A stretch of DNA of 64,000 nucleotides, from the NCBI RefSeq assembly GCF_963921235.1, contig NC_086108.1, positions 115,694,001 through 115,758,000 on the forward strand, given 5' to 3'. The position numbers were made by a program, and so were the translations under genes. This DNA comes from Mobula hypostoma (lineage: Eukaryota). Shown in pieces: positions 60,619-64,000 of this stretch. The notes under the pieces are model-generated. The model was not told where the DNA came from and made no database searches. It worked only from the letters and a program-made list of their open reading frames with translations. Within the stretch, counting starts at the first letter, position 1; each line of letters starts with the position of its first letter.

Positions 60619-61737
60619 ATCTATGTAGATGCTGACGAGAATGATCGATGCAGCGGGTGAGGAGCAAGACCTATGTAGAGGATGAGGAGGATGAGCAATG
60701 AAGAGAATGAGGAGGCAAATCAATGTAGATGGTGAGGAGGATGATCGGCGTAGAGGGTGTGGATGATGATCAATGTAGAAGGTGAAGAGTATGAACTATT
60801 TAGAAGATGAGGAGGATGATATACTTCGAGGATGAGGAGGATGATCGATGCAGAGGGTGAGGAGAATGATCGATGAGGAGGATGATTGATGCAGAGGGTG
60901 AGGAGGATGATCTATGTAGATGCTGTGGAGTTTGATCAATGTAGAGGATGAGGAGGATGATTGTACAGATAGTGAGGATGATGATTGATATAGATGGTGA
61001 GGACGGTGATCTATTAGATAGTGGGGAGGATGATTGATGTAGAGCATGAGGCGGATGATATATGCAGAGAGTGGAGAGGATGATCTACGTTGGGTATGTG
61101 TAGTATGATTGATGTAGAGAGTGAGGAGGATGATCTATTCAGACAGTGAGGAGGGTGATCGATGTAGAGGGTGAAAAGGAGGATCTATTCAGAGAGTGAG
61201 CAGTGTGATCAATGCAGAAGCTGAGGATGATGATCCATTTTCAAGCTGAAGAGGATGATCAATGTAGAGGTGAGGAGGATGATTGATGCAGAGGGTGAGG
61301 AGGACTATCGATGGAGGGGTTGAGGACTATGACCTATGTAGAGAGTGAGGAGGATGATCGACGTTGAGGCTGAGGAGAATGATCGATGTAGAGAGTGAGG
61401 ACGATGATCTCTGCAGATAATGAGGTTGATGATCCATGTAGAGGCTGAGAGGGATGATCGTTGTAGAAAGTGAGGGGAAGATCAATTTTAGATGATGAGG
61501 ATGAAGATCGATGTAGAAGGTTTGGAGGATGATCGATGTAGAGGGTGAAGAGGATGTTCTATTTAGAGAGTGAGGAGGATGATATATTTTGAGGATGAGG
61601 AGGATGATCGATGCAGAGGTTGAGGAGTATGACGATGTAGATAGTGAGGAGGATGATTGATGTAAATTGTGAGGACGATGATCTATGTTGATGCTGAGGA
61701 GGATGATCGATGTATATAGCGAGGAGGATCATCCATG

Positions 61738-64000
61738 TAGACCATAAGACCAAGGAGCAGAAGTAGGCCATTCGGCCCATCGAGTCTGCTCCGCCATTTT
61801 ATCATGAGCTGATCCATTTTATCATATTTAGTCCCACTGCCCCACCTTCTCACCATAACCTTTGATGCCCTGGCTACTCAGATACCTATCAATCTCTGCC
61901 TTAAAGACACCCAATGACTTGGCCTCCACTGCTGCCCGTGGCAACAAATTCCATAGATTCACCACCCTCTGACTAAAAAAATTTTTTTGCATTTCTGTTC
62001 TGAAAGGGCACCCTTCAATCCTGAAGTCATGCCCTCTTGTACTAGACTCCCCCATCATGGGAAACAACTTTGCCACATCCACTCTGTCCATGCCTTTTAA
62101 CATTCGAAATGTTTCTATGAGGTCTCCCCTCATTCTTCTAAACTCCAAGGAATACAGTCCAAGAGCGGACAAACGTTCCTCATATGTTAACCCTCACATT
62201 CCCGGAATCATTCTAGTGAATCTTTTCTGTACCCTCTCCAACATCAGCACATCCTTTCTTAAATAAGGAGACCAAAACTGCCCACAGTACTCCAAGTGAG
62301 GTCTCACCAGTGCCTTATAGAGCCTCAACATCACATCCCTGCTCCTATACTCTATTCCTCTAGAAATGAATGCCAACATTGCATTCGCCTTCTTCACTAC
62401 CGACTCAACCTGGAGGTTAACTTTAAGGGAATCCTGTACGAGGACTCCCAAGTCCCGTTGCATCTCAGAACTTTGAATTATTTCCCCATTTAAATAATAG
62501 TCTGCCCGTTTATTTTTTCTGCCAAAGTGCATAACCATACACTTTCCAACATTGTACTTCATTTGCCACTTCTCTGCCCATTCTTCCAATCTATCCAAGT
62601 CTCTCTGCAGACTCTCCATTTCCTCAGCACTACCGGCCCCTCCACCGATCTTCGTATCGTCAGCAAACTTAGCCACAAAGCCATCTATTCCATAATCCAA
62701 ATCGTTGATGTACAATGTAAAAAGAAGCGGCCCCAACACAAACTCCTGTAGAACACCACTGGTAACCGGCAGCCAACCAGAATAGGATCCCTTTGTTCCC
62801 ACTCTCTGTTTCCTGCCAATCAGCCAACGCTCTATCCACATATGTAACTTTCCTGTAATTCCATGGGCTCTTATCTTGTTAAGCAGCCTCATGTGTGGCA
62901 CCTTGTCAAAGGCCTTCTGAAAATCCAAATATACAACATCCACTGCATCTCCCTTGTCTAGCCTACTGGTAATTTCCTCAAAAAATTGTAATAGGTTTGT
63001 CAGGCAGGATTTTCCTTTAAGGAATCCATGCTGAGTTCTGCCTATCTTGTCATATGCCTCCAGGTACTCTGTAACCTCATCCTTGACAATTGACTCCAAC
63101 AACATCCCAACCACCGACGTCAAGCTAACAGGTCTATAATTTCCTTCTTGCTTCCTTGCCCCCTTCTTAAATAGCGGAGTGACATTTGCAATCTTCCAGT
63201 CCTCCGGAACCTTGCCAGAATCTATCGACTTTTGAAAGATCATCGCTAATGCCTCCACAATCTCCACAGCTACTTCCTTCAGAACACGAGGGTGCATTCC
63301 ATCTGGTCCAGGAGATTTATCGACCTTTAGCCTATTCAGCTTCCTGAGTACTTTCTCTGTCGTAATTGTGACTGCGCACACTTCTCTTCCCTGCCACCCT
63401 TGAGTGTCCGGTATCCTGCTGTCTTCCTCAGTGAAGACTGATGCAAAATACTTGTTCAGTTCCTCTGCCATCTCCTCATCTCCAATTACAATTTCTCCAG
63501 CACCATTTTCTGTTGGTCCTATATCTACTCTCACCTGTCTTTTACTCTTTATATACTTGAAAAAGCTTTTAGTATCCTCTTTGATATTATTTGCTAGTTT
63601 CCTTTCATAGTTAATCTTTTGTCTCTTAATGACCTTCTTGGTTTCCTTTTGTAAGGTTTTAAAGACTTCCCAATCCTCTGTCTTCCCACTAATTTTTGCT
63701 TCCTTGTATGCCCTCTCCTTAGCTTTAACTTTTGCTTTGACTTCTCTTGTCAACCACGGTTGCATCCTTTTTCCACTCGAAAATTTCTTCTTTTTTGGAA
63801 TATACCTGTCTTGCACATTCCTCATTTCTCGCATAAACTCCAGCCACTGCTGCTCTGCCGTCTTTCCCGCCAGTGTCTCTTTCCAGTCAACTTTGGCCAG
63901 TTCCTCTCTCATGCCACTGTAGTTTCCTTTACTCCACTGAAACACCGACACATCAGATTTCGGCTTCTCTTTTTCTAATTTCACAGTGAACTCAATCATG
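61738..64000 (-). mobile_element. Young CR1, ORF2 open for 601 aa then one in-frame TGA; runs off the window
   Basis: ORF 62194-63999 with complete RT motifs (KFADDTK); ORF 61828-62172 continues in frame; TCTTATGG tail. Confidence 0.96.

Larger units (their letters stand above)
54640..61737. repeat. Degenerate 25-bp purine-rich minisatellite (GATGATCGATGTAGAGGGTGAGGAG)n, interrupted three times
   Basis: Directly visible over ~7 kb including the insertions. Confidence 0.95.

Noticed and set aside
54640..61737. Acidic or His/Pro-rich protein encoded by the GA-rich tract
   Set aside because: The 25-bp unit is not a multiple of three and stops are frequent.

Overview
Eukaryotic, vertebrate-type, transposon-saturated DNA. 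The repeat mix (many CR1 LINEs, Penelope-like elements, V-SINE-like SINEs, Rex/Babar-like LINEs, Tx1, Gypsy, Tc1) suggests a cartilaginous fish, probably a ray; this is inference from recognising the repeat families, not a database result. Nearly every long ORF is a piece of a retrotransposon or transposase, and no host gene could be named. Main points: (1) Penelope-like terminal repeats carry minimal type I hammerhead ribozyme motifs, several as inverted pairs, including a perfect 99-bp-arm hairpin with a ribozyme core on each strand. (2) A 13-kb nest built on a Tx1-like LINE splits one unit of a 30-bp minisatellite. (3) A V-SINE-like element has an internal 29-bp segment expanded in tandem, later hit by a CR1 and a solo LTR. 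(4) A ~7-kb purine-rich 25-bp minisatellite shows higher-order duplications and three insertions. (5) A decayed Gypsy element contains three nested insertions. (6) A few low-confidence host exon candidates lie in the unique islands. Boundaries were read by eye and are approximate unless a TSD or TIR is quoted.
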